From assembly GCA_963796965.1 (NCBI GenBank), contig CAWCNS010000006.1, positions 256,001 to 320,000 of the forward strand: a stretch of DNA of 64,000 bases, written 5' to 3'. Positions within the stretch are counted from its first letter, which is position 1; each line of letters starts with the position of its first letter. This DNA comes from Calditrichia bacterium. Its GTDB lineage: Bacteria; Calditrichota; Calditrichia; JAJRVZ01. Made by a program: the position numbers and the translations under genes. Positions 7,947 through 18,122 of the stretch are shown here, in pieces. Below the pieces are notes generated by a model that made no database searches, had not been told where the DNA came from, and saw only the letters and a program-made list of their open reading frames with translations.

Positions 7947-9290
7947 TCAGAGTTTATTTTGCAGAGTTCGGTAATTTATATTGAGGAATTGGCAGGCTTC
8001 TTTTTTGTTTCCATTAAAATAGTCCAGAATCATCTGGGCATAGCGTCTTGAGATATCATCAAGGGTTAAATGCTGGTCTAAAGCTTCTTGTAAAAAGGAG
8101 TTGTTGCTTTTATTTAGTTCATTTGGCAAATCGGCCAGAGTTAAGGAACGACTATTGAGCACCAACATTCTTTTAAGTGTATTATCCAGTTGGCGGATAT
8201 TGCCCTCCCAATTACTTCGTGACAAGTGCGTGATTAGGGCGCCATCAATCCTGGGAATAGGTAAATGGTTTTCCTGGCAATATTTATGTGTAAAAAAATC
8301 AATCAAGGCTGGAATATCATCAGGACGCTCCCGAAGAGGTGGTATATGAATCGGTATTACATTTAAACGATAATACAGATCCTCCCGGAAACTTTTACCG
8401 AGAACCTCATTTACCAAGTCCTTATTTGTTGCAGCGATTAACCGGAAGTTAACTTTAATTTCCTTAGCCCCACCTAACCGATATAATTTCTTTTCTTGTA
8501 AAATTCGTAATAATTTTGCCTGTAAGGATACAGGAATATCTCCGATTTCATCAAGAAACAAGGTTCCGCTTGAGGCAAGTTCAATCTTTCCCAACTTCAA
8601 GTCCGTTGCTCCTGTAAAGGCTCCTTTTTCATGACCAAACAATTCATTTTCAAGTAAATTTTCAGGCATTGCGGCACAATTTATTGCAATAAATGGTCCT
8701 TTCTGCCGTTTACTTCGCTCATGCAGATGTTGGGCAATGACTTCTTTTCCAACACCGGATTCTCCAGTAATCAAAACCGACTCCATACTACCTTTTATCT
8801 TTTCAACCAGAGCCAATATATTATGCATTGGCTTACTTACTGCAATAATGTTATCAAAATTAAAAACCCGGTCAAGTTTCTGTCGCAACTTCCGGTTTTC
8901 TCTCTGAAGACCTCGCATTTTTAAAGCGCGCTTCACCAAAAAAGGTAATTCATCCTTGATATTTTCACCTTTAAAGAAATAGGAAATCGCCCCTCTCTCT
9001 TGTGCTTCTAATGCATGTTTATGATCTTTTGATGAGGTTATAACAATAACCATGACATCAGCACTCTTCATCATGAAGTTGTCCAATAATTCAAGTCCCT
9101 GATCAATTTCAGGCAACCCCAAATCGAGAATGACAAGATCAGGTAAATGCGAGTCAAATGTTATAGCTGCATTGACCGCATCTGCAGAATCAACATAATC
9201 ATAAGTCTCACCCAGCCATTTTTTGTATTTTTCCCGCCAGACCAGGCTGTCTTCTACTATTAATATTTTATTTTTATATCTTGGCATCAT
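7947..9290 (-). CDS. Sigma54-dependent response regulator (NtrC/AtoC family: REC-AAA+-Fis HTH)
   Basis: LVILDLGLP receiver, GESGVGKE Walker A, intact GAFTGA, LFLDEIGD, FREDLYYRLNV, WEGNIRQL; likely start MMPRYK at 9290. Confidence 0.95.
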   Translation of the reverse strand: MMPRYKNKILIVEDSLVWREKYKKWLGETYDYVDSADAVNAAITFDSHLPDLVILDLGLPEIDQGLELLDNFMMKSADVMVIVITSSKDHKHALEAQERGAISYFFKGENIKDELPFLVKRALKMRGLQRENRKLRQKLDRVFNFDNIIAVSKPMHNILALVEKIKGSMESVLITGESGVGKEVIAQHLHERSKRQKGPFIAINCAAMPENLLENELFGHEKGAFTGATDLKLGKIELASSGTLFLDEIGDIPVSLQAKLLRILQEKKLYRLGGAKEIKVNFRLIAATNKDLVNEVLGKSFREDLYYRLNVIPIHIPPLRERPDDIPALIDFFTHKYCQENHLPIPRIDGALITHLSRSNWEGNIRQLDNTLKRMLVLNSRSLTLADLPNELNKSNNSFLQEALDQHLTLDDISRRYAQMILDYFNGNKKEACQFLNINYRTLQNKL

Positions 9291-10341
9291 ATAGTGGTAA
9301 ATAAAATGAAGTAACTGTTCCTTTTCCTGGTTCACTTTTAATCGAGAGCGAACCACCATGGTTTTGAATAATTTTATCCGCCATCGACAACCCGATACCA
9401 ATATGTCCAAGATCCTTCCAGGTTGTAAAAAATGGCTTTTTTACTTCTGATATATATTCATTAGGAATCCCTGGCCCATTATCTTTAATAGATACAGAAA
9501 GCCAATCATGATCGATAAAAATAGATTTGTTCTGCTCCCGGCTTAACGTCACATCTATATCGTTTCCCTCAATTTTACAAGCAGTGACAGCATTATCAAG
9601 GAGCGCAACAAGAGCTCGTTCAATCAACTCCAAATCAACATTAACATAATTTAAATTATCTTCAAAATTTAATCTATATTTTATTCCTGAGGCATCTTCA
9701 TTTTCTGCTATGATCTCTTCAAATAATTCACGTACAAGATACCACGAACATTGTAACGAAAAATCTCTAAGATATACCATAATCTCTTCAGATAATTTTT
9801 GAGAATAACAAATTCGCTCCGCAATAGTAACGTTTCCACTCTCGCGGTCAGGGATCAAGGCTGCCAATGAATTCAGGTCATGGGCCATCCTACTAACAAT
9901 ATGGACGGTTTTGTCCCAAACCCGTTCTTGACTTCCTTCTTCATTGGCTATTGCCAGTTTATATAGTGTATTGATTTCACTCCAGATATGCGGGGGAATA
10001 TTACGAAACTGGTTTTGCTCTCCTGCAATAACCAGCACATGACAAACCTTTTCTTTATGGTTTGTTAAGGGAAAAAAGTGCAAATCACCAAATTTTATAA
10101 TTGATGATCCTGGCGTAATATAATTTTTGTCCACTTCAATTAGGGCTTTACGGTGCTGCTTTTCAATTGCTGTTGAACCTATCGGTTCATAACAATCCGG
10201 GGCATTCTGATGCTTGAAAATGGTGATATTTGAGAAACCATAATTTATATTAAGATAGGATACGATAAGATCAACCAGTTGTTGGCCCGTGCCCAGATGA
10301 TCCTGCAGAAAATTCAAAAAAGAATATTTATTTTGTGTCAT
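9274..10341 (-). CDS. Cytoplasmic sensor histidine kinase
   Basis: H-box MAHDLNS, N-box LLDNA, G1 KDNGPGI, F-box KPFFTT, G2 GIGLS; no TM segment. Confidence 0.9.
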   Translation of the reverse strand: MTQNKYSFLNFLQDHLGTGQQLVDLIVSYLNINYGFSNITIFKHQNAPDCYEPIGSTAIEKQHRKALIEVDKNYITPGSSIIKFGDLHFFPLTNHKEKVCHVLVIAGEQNQFRNIPPHIWSEINTLYKLAIANEEGSQERVWDKTVHIVSRMAHDLNSLAALIPDRESGNVTIAERICYSQKLSEEIMVYLRDFSLQCSWYLVRELFEEIIAENEDASGIKYRLNFEDNLNYVNVDLELIERALVALLDNAVTACKIEGNDIDVTLSREQNKSIFIDHDWLSVSIKDNGPGIPNEYISEVKKPFFTTWKDLGHIGIGLSMADKIIQNHGGSLSIKSEPGKGTVTSFYLPLYDAKI

Positions 10342-11119
10342 TTTTTTCTTCTTTATTTTTTGCTTGATCCCAGAATTTGTCTAGGATTTCCAATCCGGCC
10401 TGTCTCATTTTATCATAATCTCCATCAAAGGCCTTTTCTACATATTCAAAACGTTGAACAAATTTTTTATTACTCAGTCGAAGGGCATCCTCGGCAGAAA
10501 CATTTAAAAATCGGGATAAATTCACCAATGTGAAAAATAAATCACCTAATTCTTCTTCGGTATTGGCCTTATCTCTCTGCTCAAGAGCATTTTTTAATTC
10601 CTCAACTTCCTCATCCAATTTATCCAGGACATCCCGGGTTTTTTCCCAATCAAAAGAGACACGGCTTGCTTTCTCTTGCAATCTCTGGGCCCGTAATAAC
10701 GCTGGTGCTGATTCTGGTATTCCAGAAAGTAAAGATTTTCGATTTTCTTTTTTTATTTTAATCTTCTCCCAATTAACTTCAACATCCTTGGCAGAGGAAA
10801 CTTTCTTATCTCCAAATACATGCGGATGTCTTGAAATTAATTTATTGATAAGATTATCAAGAACAGAGTCTATAGAAAATTTATTCTCTTCCTGAGCAAT
10901 AACGGATTGAAATATAATTTGAAGGAGGAGGTCACCTAATTCATCCTTAAGTTTTAGCCAATCTTTTTGATCAATTGTGTCAACTGTTTCATAAGCTTCT
11001 TCTAAAATATACTTTCGCAATGACTCCGGAGTCTGTTGCTGGTCCCATGGACATTCTTTTCTTAATTGTTGCATTATTTCAACCAAATGTGAAAATTTCA
11101 CGTCAATTGAGGAATTCAT
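10328..11119 (-). CDS. mazG: Nucleoside triphosphate pyrophosphohydrolase MazG (tandem-domain)
   Basis: LRKECPWD, EEAYE, DELGDLLLQ, RHPHVFG, EEELGDLFF. Confidence 0.96.
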   Translation of the reverse strand: MNSSIDVKFSHLVEIMQQLRKECPWDQQQTPESLRKYILEEAYETVDTIDQKDWLKLKDELGDLLLQIIFQSVIAQEENKFSIDSVLDNLINKLISRHPHVFGDKKVSSAKDVEVNWEKIKIKKENRKSLLSGIPESAPALLRAQRLQEKASRVSFDWEKTRDVLDKLDEEVEELKNALEQRDKANTEEELGDLFFTLVNLSRFLNVSAEDALRLSNKKFVQRFEYVEKAFDGDYDKMRQAGLEILDKFWDQAKNKEEKNDTK

Positions 11120-11253
11120 TACAGTTTTTCCATTAATCCTGTTTACATTTTCGGTTGTATATTATAATTTCTGAAGAATTATCTCTCAAAAATTTGTCAT
11201 AGAAGAGTAATCTTTACCAATAATTCATTTAATAAGGATTCAATATAAAACAA

Positions 11254-11970
11254 ATGGTGCAAAATAGAAAAGAAATAATATCTGTGATTATTCCTGTCTT
11301 TAATGAAGAAGGATCTATTGGGAAAGTTCTCAATGATATCCCGCAAGATTTAGTGAATAATGTTATTGTCGTTGATAACGGATCAACAGATCGAAGTGTT
11401 GAAATTGCCAAAAATAATGGTGCTATTGTCCTCTCCGAAAAAGAACGCGGATATGGTGCAGCATGTCTGAAAGGTATTGATTATCTAAAGAGGAATAATA
11501 TACCAGATATTCTCATCTTTTTGGATGGTGATTACAGTGATTTTCCAGAGGATATGATAGATCTAATTGACAAGATAGATTCCGGCTATGACTTTGTTTT
11601 GGGTTCAAGAGTAATGGGGGTTCAGGCCAATCGGGCAAAATTATCCTCACATTCTATTCTTGGAAATAAATTAGCCGCGTTTTTCCTTAAGTGGCTTTTT
11701 AAAGGCAATTATACCGATCTAGGGCCTTTCCGCGCAATCCGGTTTGATAAATTGCTCTCACTAAATATGCAAGATCGGAACTTTGGATGGACAATGGAGA
11801 TGCAGATAAAAGCTGTAAGGAAGGGCTTATCAACTTGCGAAGTTCCCGTACAATATCGTGAACGCTATGCGGGTGAATCAAAAGTGACCGGAACGATTAA
11901 AGGAAGTGTTAAAGCATTTGCAAAAATAACCTATATTGTGATTCTATATTTCTTAAGAATAAAACAATAA
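11254..11970 (+). CDS. Glycosyltransferase family 2 (DPM-synthase-like)
   Basis: VIIPVFNEE, VVDNGSTD, FLDGDYSD, TDLGPFRAI. Confidence 0.93.
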   Translation: MVQNRKEIISVIIPVFNEEGSIGKVLNDIPQDLVNNVIVVDNGSTDRSVEIAKNNGAIVLSEKERGYGAACLKGIDYLKRNNIPDILIFLDGDYSDFPEDMIDLIDKIDSGYDFVLGSRVMGVQANRAKLSSHSILGNKLAAFFLKWLFKGNYTDLGPFRAIRFDKLLSLNMQDRNFGWTMEMQIKAVRKGLSTCEVPVQYRERYAGESKVTGTIKGSVKAFAKITYIVILYFLRIKQ

Positions 11971-11999
11971 AAAGAAACACCTTGATTTTGTCCATGCAT

Positions 12000-12654
12000 C
12001 TAGGAAACGATAAATTCCACTAATCCAACTTCAGATATTTCTGCATGCAATTTATCCCCGGATTTTATTTCACCAACACCAGCCGGTGTACCCGTTAAAA
12101 TTATATCCCCTTTTTCGAGTGTAAAAATTCTCGAGATATAGGAGAGCAATTCTCCGACAGAATGGATCATATCTTGTGTATTTCCATTCTGCCGCAACTC
12201 ATCATTGAGATACATTTTAAGAGAGAGTGATTGAATATCCTCTATCTCGCCTATTGGCGTAAACGAGGAAATTGGACAAGAACCATCAAATCCTTTCGCC
12301 ACCGCCCAGGGATGTCCTTTTTCTTTAGCTTTTTCGCTGCCAGTCGCGCAGAGTTAGATCCAAAGCAATACCAGCGCCGAGAATATATTCTCTCCACTCT
12401 GAAGGGACAATATTTTTTGCCTTTTTCCCTATCAGCAAAGCCAGTTCTGTTTCATAATGAATTTCATTACTATATTCGGGCAGATAAATCATGTCTCCCT
12501 CAGACAGTAAAGCTGTAGAAGGTTTCAAAAAAAGTAAAGGTTCTTTACTCGTCTTTGATTTCATTTCTTCAATGTGTAGACGATAATTCTGACCAACACA
12601 AACAATTTTGCCGACGTTAAATAGTTGATCTGGTTTTAATCTAATTTTCGACAT
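12000..12654 (-). CDS. Fumarylacetoacetate hydrolase family protein, frameshifted near 12330
   Basis: KIVCVGQNY, LFLKPSTA, HYETELA, LDLTLRD, then AKGFDGSCP and GDIILTGTPAGVG in the second frame. Confidence 0.9.
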
Positions 12655-12655
12655 T

Positions 12656-13963
12656 TTATGTTTCTCCAATAATTCGAATAACTGTGGTTTCACCTCTAAT
12701 TATTCTCGATTTTTTTATTTGAGACAAAGCTGACAAAATATCTTTTTCTTTTGATCTTTCAACAAATATGTGAACTGAAGCTGTGGGTTCTCGTTTCTGC
12801 TCCCATTTGGAGGCATGGGCTGACTCAATGTTGATGTTATTCTGCCCTAACAAAGTTGCTATTCTGCCCATCACCCCAGGAACATCAAGACACGAAAATC
12901 TTAAGTAATATCCGGAATAGATCTCACTTATAGGTAAAATAGGACGATCATTCCATAGGGGATAATCATGTATAAAAGGCGTTGCGCCATTGAGTGAAGT
13001 TGCAACCGAAACCAAATCACGAATGATCATATTTGCGGCAGGTAATACACCAGCACCCTTTCCATAAAGCATAAATTCTCCAACAAGATCTGTCTGAATA
13101 TATACAGCATTATAATCATCCTGTACAGAATTCAAGGGGTGTTTTCTTGGTACTAATGTTGGATGTACCCTTAGTTCTAACCCATCTTCACGATCTCTCA
13201 GAACAGTTAAAAGCTTTATTTGATAACCAAATTCTTCAGCATATTTTATATCCAGTTTATTCAGGCTTGAAATACCTTCTGCATGTACATTTAAGTAGTC
13301 AACTTCAACGCCAAAAGCCATGGCCGCCAACAATGCCAATTTTTGCGCGGAGTCCGATCCCTCATAATCAACCAACATATGGCTTTCAGAGATTTCTTTC
13401 AGATGCGGCATTTTTAATACTTCTTTTAGTGACTTTTTACTTCGATGCATCTCCGATAAAATAAAATTTGATGTGCCGCTGGCAATACCCCAAAGTCCGA
13501 TTATTCGAGAACCGATTAAATCACGCTTCAGTAAACGGACAATGGGAATTCCTCCACCCAGGGCAGCATCAAACTGCAGCTGAACCTTTCTTGATCTGGC
13601 CAGATCAAATAGCTCTTTCATTTTACTAGCAAGCAAAGCACGATTAGCAGAAACTACATGACGGCCACTATTAAGAAATTGTTTAATTATACCATAAGTA
13701 GGTTCTATCCCTCCCACAGCATCAATGGCAATCTGAACAGATTGATCATTTATAATTTTATCCAAATCGTCGGTTAATATATCTTGGGGAATATTTTTAT
13801 CTCTTTGATAATCCAAATGCTTCACAAATATATATTTTATGTTAAGGTTGAATCCCGTCTGCTCCTGAATTTTCTTTCTTATTTCCAACAAAAAATTATA
13901 AAGCCCTTGTCCAAGTTTGCCACAACCCAAAAGGGCGATATTTACTTCAATTGATTTTGGCAT
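12656..13963 (-). CDS. hom: Homoserine dehydrogenase-like protein with C-terminal ACT domain
   Basis: GCGKLG Rossmann motif, LGGGIP, EGSDSAQKL, LRVHPTLVP, YGKGAG, ACT DVPGVMGRIA; some active-site residues diverged. Confidence 0.85.
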   Translation of the reverse strand: MPKSIEVNIALLGCGKLGQGLYNFLLEIRKKIQEQTGFNLNIKYIFVKHLDYQRDKNIPQDILTDDLDKIINDQSVQIAIDAVGGIEPTYGIIKQFLNSGRHVVSANRALLASKMKELFDLARSRKVQLQFDAALGGGIPIVRLLKRDLIGSRIIGLWGIASGTSNFILSEMHRSKKSLKEVLKMPHLKEISESHMLVDYEGSDSAQKLALLAAMAFGVEVDYLNVHAEGISSLNKLDIKYAEEFGYQIKLLTVLRDREDGLELRVHPTLVPRKHPLNSVQDDYNAVYIQTDLVGEFMLYGKGAGVLPAANMIIRDLVSVATSLNGATPFIHDYPLWNDRPILPISEIYSGYYLRFSCLDVPGVMGRIATLLGQNNINIESAHASKWEQKREPTASVHIFVERSKEKDILSALSQIKKSRIIRGETTVIRIIGET

Positions 13964-14201
13964 AGTGTATACCTTTTATTACAAAAATTAGAACAGCCAT
14001 AGAAAATAAATTATTTACACGTTATATATCATGGAATTTACAAAAAAATTCAATAAGAAGAATTTTGAACCTCCATGGAAAGAATAGAGAAATCTTTGGT
14101 ATGATTCTCATTATAGTACCTATTGTAAATTAAAGACAATTATTATTATATTAAATATAATCGGAAAAGCCAAGATATGTATAGCAGAGGAGACCATCTT
14201 T

Positions 14202-14588
14202 ATGGGTTCAAGGAAACAATTAATCGTTGTTGGTGATCGGGTTCTAATTAATCCGGATGATTCGAAAGAAAAAACTAATTTTGGCTTGTACCTACCACAG
14301 GGAATTGAAGAGAAAGAGAAGGTCCAAAGCGGATTTGTCGTTAAAACCGGTCCGGGCTACCCCCTTCCGGATCCAATGGATAATGGTGATGAATCATGGG
14401 GGGGATCAAGAAGAGATGCCAAATATTTACCACTTCAGGTTGAAGAGGGTGATTATGTCATTTTTCTGAGAAAATCCACTATAGAAATAGAGTTCGAAAA
14501 AAACAAGTACTTGATTCTTCCTCAATCGGCTATTCTATTAATCGTTCGGGAAGATATTCTCGGAAAAATTAATTCTGATAGCCAATAA
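14202..14588 (+). CDS. Stand-alone GroES/Cpn10-family co-chaperone
   Basis: VGDRVLI, GLYLP, GFVVKTGPG, PLQVEEGDYVIF; no groEL adjacent. Confidence 0.85.
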   Translation: MGSRKQLIVVGDRVLINPDDSKEKTNFGLYLPQGIEEKEKVQSGFVVKTGPGYPLPDPMDNGDESWGGSRRDAKYLPLQVEEGDYVIFLRKSTIEIEFEKNKYLILPQSAILLIVREDILGKINSDSQ

Positions 14589-14633
14589 GACATATGTCTG
14601 CTACTTTTCTAATCTATATTCTTTATTTATATA

Positions 14634-15536
14634 TCAGGATCTTTTAAATATATTTTTTAAAATAGAAGTAGCAATATTGGGGTTTTCTTTGAGTCGTCGC
14701 ATGGAATAAGCGTGCCAATGCTCACCAAATGGTACATATATCCTCATACGGTGCCCATCCTCAACCAATTTATCTCGTAAATTTTCAGTAACACCTAGTA
14801 GCATTTGAAATTCATATTCCTCCCTTTTCATTTTCAACCGGTCAATCAAAGAAAGAGCATGCCAGATAAGTTTTTCATCATGGGTGGCAATTCCAACATA
14901 ACACCCATTTTCCAAAAGTTTTTCCAATGCATAATTAAAATTCAAATTTACAATCTCCGGATTTTTGTACGCAATAGCTTTTGGTTCAATGTAAATTCCC
15001 TTACAAAGTCTGAGATTTGCCTGAATTTCAATTAACCTGTTGATATCATTAATAGTCCGACGTAAATAGGATTGAATAACCACACCTACATTGTCATATT
15101 GTTCTCTCAGCTTTAGAAATATATCGATTGTATCAGAGGTGCAGGTATGGTCTTCCATATCAATTCTGACAAAGTTATCATACTTTTTTGCTTGCTCAAC
15201 TATGATTCGGATATTTTCAAGGCAAAATGATTTATCTATCTTGAGACCCAGGTGAGTTGGTTTGATTGAAACGTTTGAGTCCAGCTGATTCTCATCAATA
15301 GCGGACAGAACGACTAGATATTCTTCAACGACTTTTAGTGTATCATCTTTTTTTTCGATTTCTTCTCCTAAGATATCCACCGTTGCCATGATTCCCCGTG
15401 CATTAAATTTTCGAATAGCATTGATAGCATCCTGAAGAGTAGAACCAGCAATATATTTTTTTGAGAATATCCCAACGATAAATTTTGGTACTAATGGAAG
15501 AAACCAGACAAGCAGTTTATTAAAAATCAATTCCAT
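14634..15536 (-). CDS. Monofunctional proline dehydrogenase
   Basis: VSIKPTHLG, VRIDMED, LRLCKGIY, IATHD, EFQMLLG, YVPFG, RRLKENP. Confidence 0.95.
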   Translation of the reverse strand: MELIFNKLLVWFLPLVPKFIVGIFSKKYIAGSTLQDAINAIRKFNARGIMATVDILGEEIEKKDDTLKVVEEYLVVLSAIDENQLDSNVSIKPTHLGLKIDKSFCLENIRIIVEQAKKYDNFVRIDMEDHTCTSDTIDIFLKLREQYDNVGVVIQSYLRRTINDINRLIEIQANLRLCKGIYIEPKAIAYKNPEIVNLNFNYALEKLLENGCYVGIATHDEKLIWHALSLIDRLKMKREEYEFQMLLGVTENLRDKLVEDGHRMRIYVPFGEHWHAYSMRRLKENPNIATSILKNIFKRS

Positions 15537-15543
15537 TACTCCT

Positions 15544-15819
15544 TCATATTTTATTAATTTCCATTGCTATTCGAAAATCCTTCTCCGTAAGTCCCCCAAC
15601 ATCATGTGTAAAAAAACGCAAAGACACCCGGTTGTAAACGTTAAATATTTCAGGATGATGGTTATGTGATTCGCAGATCACCGCAACCATATTTATAAAA
15701 TCCATTGCCTCAGAGAAATCCTGAAAATCCCAGTTTCGCTTAATCGTATTTCCGTCAAGGTCCCAATACTCAGCCTCTATAAGATTGGCTTTTATTTCTT
15801 CATTTGATAGCAGCTTCAT
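15544..15819 (-). CDS. Pterin-4-alpha-carbinolamine dehydratase
   Basis: NHHPEI and THDVGGLTEKD motifs. Confidence 0.92.
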   Translation of the reverse strand: MKLLSNEEIKANLIEAEYWDLDGNTIKRNWDFQDFSEAMDFINMVAVICESHNHHPEIFNVYNRVSLRFFTHDVGGLTEKDFRIAMEINKI

Positions 15820-15889
15820 TAGCTTCTCCCGTTTTTGCATGCTAAATACTACGACACTAAAGCCGATGAATATTTGAGTGATAATTTAA

Positions 15890-16642
15890 CTAAACAGGGT
15901 TTGGTATATCAACAAATGATACTTCCAAACCAAACTCCTTTGAAAGTAGAGCGCCAAGGGCAAGAACACCAAATTTTTCAGTAGCATAATGACCAGCTGA
16001 AACAAAATGAATTCCTTCCTCCTTGGCATAATGCATTATATGCTCGCTCGCTTCGCCGGTTAAATATAGATCCAACTTTGCATTTACTGCTTGTATAACA
16101 TCTTTCTGGGCTCCCCCACTCATGATGCCAACCGATTTAACTAATTTTGGCCCAAAATCAAATATTACTGGTTTTTGCCCAACGACATTTGTGATTTTTT
16201 CAAACACAACTTTTTTTTCTATAGATTCCAAGCCACCCATCATACCTATTATTTGCCCACCATGCTCTCCGAATGGTCTTATATGTTTAAGATTTAACAA
16301 TTTGCCTAATTGGGCATTATTTCCGATTTCTTCATGAGCATCCAACGGAAGATGAAATCCAAATAAATTGATGTTCTGATCGAGTAATAAGCGGACACGT
16401 TCTCGGTATCCACCCCTATATAGGGGTCTTTCAAATGACCAGATTATGCCATGATGGACAATAATTGCATCTGCAGACATTTCAATTGCTCTGTTAAAAA
16501 GATCTACACAGGCTGTCACTCCAGTCACAATCCTTTGTATCTCCGGCCGCCCCTCCACCTGAAGACCATTGGGGCAAATGTCTTTGAACTCAGCTGTATT
16601 TAGATAATCGGCAAGAAATTTATTCAGATCATCTCTTTTCAT
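15890..16642 (-). CDS. Nif3/YbgI dinuclear metal-centre protein
   Basis: PNGLQVEG, VHHG, HLPLDAH, GNN, AGHYATE. Confidence 0.95.
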   Translation of the reverse strand: MKRDDLNKFLADYLNTAEFKDICPNGLQVEGRPEIQRIVTGVTACVDLFNRAIEMSADAIIVHHGIIWSFERPLYRGGYRERVRLLLDQNINLFGFHLPLDAHEEIGNNAQLGKLLNLKHIRPFGEHGGQIIGMMGGLESIEKKVVFEKITNVVGQKPVIFDFGPKLVKSVGIMSGGAQKDVIQAVNAKLDLYLTGEASEHIMHYAKEEGIHFVSAGHYATEKFGVLALGALLSKEFGLEVSFVDIPNPV

Positions 16643-16651
16643 TTAAAACTC

Positions 16652-17221
16652 CTAAACGATGAAATTCCTTATGGATTTAAACCGATTTCTTCCGCGACCC
16701 CTCTCAGAGACTTGTACAACAAAGATCACATGATCTTCAAATTCTACCCCTAATTCCTCGGCTCCTTGACGAATCTCGTCACGATTTACTTTAGCTGCGA
16801 ATCTCTTATCTTTCATTTTCTTTTTTACAGATTTAACCGAAACTTCACCCACGGATTTATTTGGCCGAACCAAGGTAACAGCAACAATAAATCCACATAA
16901 TTCATCAACAGCAAAAAGAGTTTTGGCCACCAGAGAATCCCTAGCCACACCACTAAAATCTGCATGCCCGAGAATTGCCTTACGTATCTCTTCCGATACT
17001 CCCATCTCAGCAAGAATCTCTCCACCTTTCATTGGATGTTCATCTGGATACTTTTCATAATCAAAATCATGTATAAGTCCAATGGCCCCCCAAATCTCAC
17101 GATCTTCCCCATATTTTTCAGCATAAGCACGCATAGCTGCCTCGACTGAATAGGCATGTTTACGCAAGCTTTCTGTTTTAGTATATTCAAAAAGAATCTT
17201 TAATGCTTCTTCTCGTGTCAT
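16652..17221 (-). CDS. HD/HDIG-domain hydrolase (C-terminus probably frameshifted)
   Basis: LRKHAYSVE, GLIHDFDYE, ILGHA, LFAVDELCG. Confidence 0.85.
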   Translation of the reverse strand: MTREEALKILFEYTKTESLRKHAYSVEAAMRAYAEKYGEDREIWGAIGLIHDFDYEKYPDEHPMKGGEILAEMGVSEEIRKAILGHADFSGVARDSLVAKTLFAVDELCGFIVAVTLVRPNKSVGEVSVKSVKKKMKDKRFAAKVNRDEIRQGAEELGVEFEDHVIFVVQVSERGRGRNRFKSIRNFIV

Positions 17222-17322
17222 TCTTGCCCCTCTCCTATTTTTTTTCTATAAATGTCTTCTCTATGAGAAGCCGTTGCAACTTCTCAATGTTCAATAATGG
17301 ATATAGTTTTATCATTGACAGA

Positions 17323-18078
17323 CTACCCGCAAAGTACACTACCCGAATTTACATTCAGAATCTCTCCGGTGATGGCATTGGCCCAATCTGATGCTAAAAA
17401 TACAACGGGTCCTGCTATATCTTCCGCCAGAGGTATCTTTCTAAGTGGAATATTCTCTAAAAGTCCCTCACCAGCCAGGCTAATTGCTTCCCGGGACATA
17501 TCCGTATCGACCCAACCCGGCGCGACACAATTTACATATATCCCATCTGGTCCCAATTCAGTTGCAAGCGATTTTGTAAAACTAATGATTGCCCCTTTAC
17601 TGGCGGCATAATGGGAATGAAATGCCTCCCCCCTTTGACCTGCAGTTGAAGCAATGTAAATAATTCGTCCGTGAATTTTTCTTTCCTTCATATGTGAGAC
17701 AATTTCCTGAGTGAAGTAGAATATGCTATCCAGATTAATTTCCATTGTTCTGCGCCAACTTTTTTCTGTCATGGTATCTATAGCACCGTATTCCCATATC
17801 CCTGCATTATTTACAAATATATCAATTTGGGTGAATTTCTCAATTGTTGTACTCACTAATTTTTTTACATCATCATGGTTGGATACATCACATTGGTCGT
17901 AGAAATAATTGGTGCTATGCGATTGCAACTCATTCTCTAATTTTTCCGCACTAGTTCTATCCGTATTGTAATTAAAGGAAACATTAGCACCTAGTTTTGC
18001 AAAAAGTTTTACGGTAGCAGCTCCAATTCCACGGCTGCCACCTGTTATAAGAACTGTTTTACCCTTGAATGAATGCAT
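17323..18078 (-). CDS. Short-chain dehydrogenase/reductase (FabG-like)
   Basis: TGGSRGIG, NNAG, YAASK, VAPGWVDT. Confidence 0.93.
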   Translation of the reverse strand: MHSFKGKTVLITGGSRGIGAATVKLFAKLGANVSFNYNTDRTSAEKLENELQSHSTNYFYDQCDVSNHDDVKKLVSTTIEKFTQIDIFVNNAGIWEYGAIDTMTEKSWRRTMEINLDSIFYFTQEIVSHMKERKIHGRIIYIASTAGQRGEAFHSHYAASKGAIISFTKSLATELGPDGIYVNCVAPGWVDTDMSREAISLAGEGLLENIPLRKIPLAEDIAGPVVFLASDWANAITGEILNVNSGSVLCG

Positions 18079-18122
18079 TTTGAACTACCCTTTATAAATC
18101 GTAAGGTCGGAAATTTTACAGA

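Noticed and set aside
10328..11119. MazG as an anti-phage or toxin-antitoxin component
   Set aside because: It is the ordinary tandem-domain housekeeping MazG, with no mazEF or defence genes adjacent
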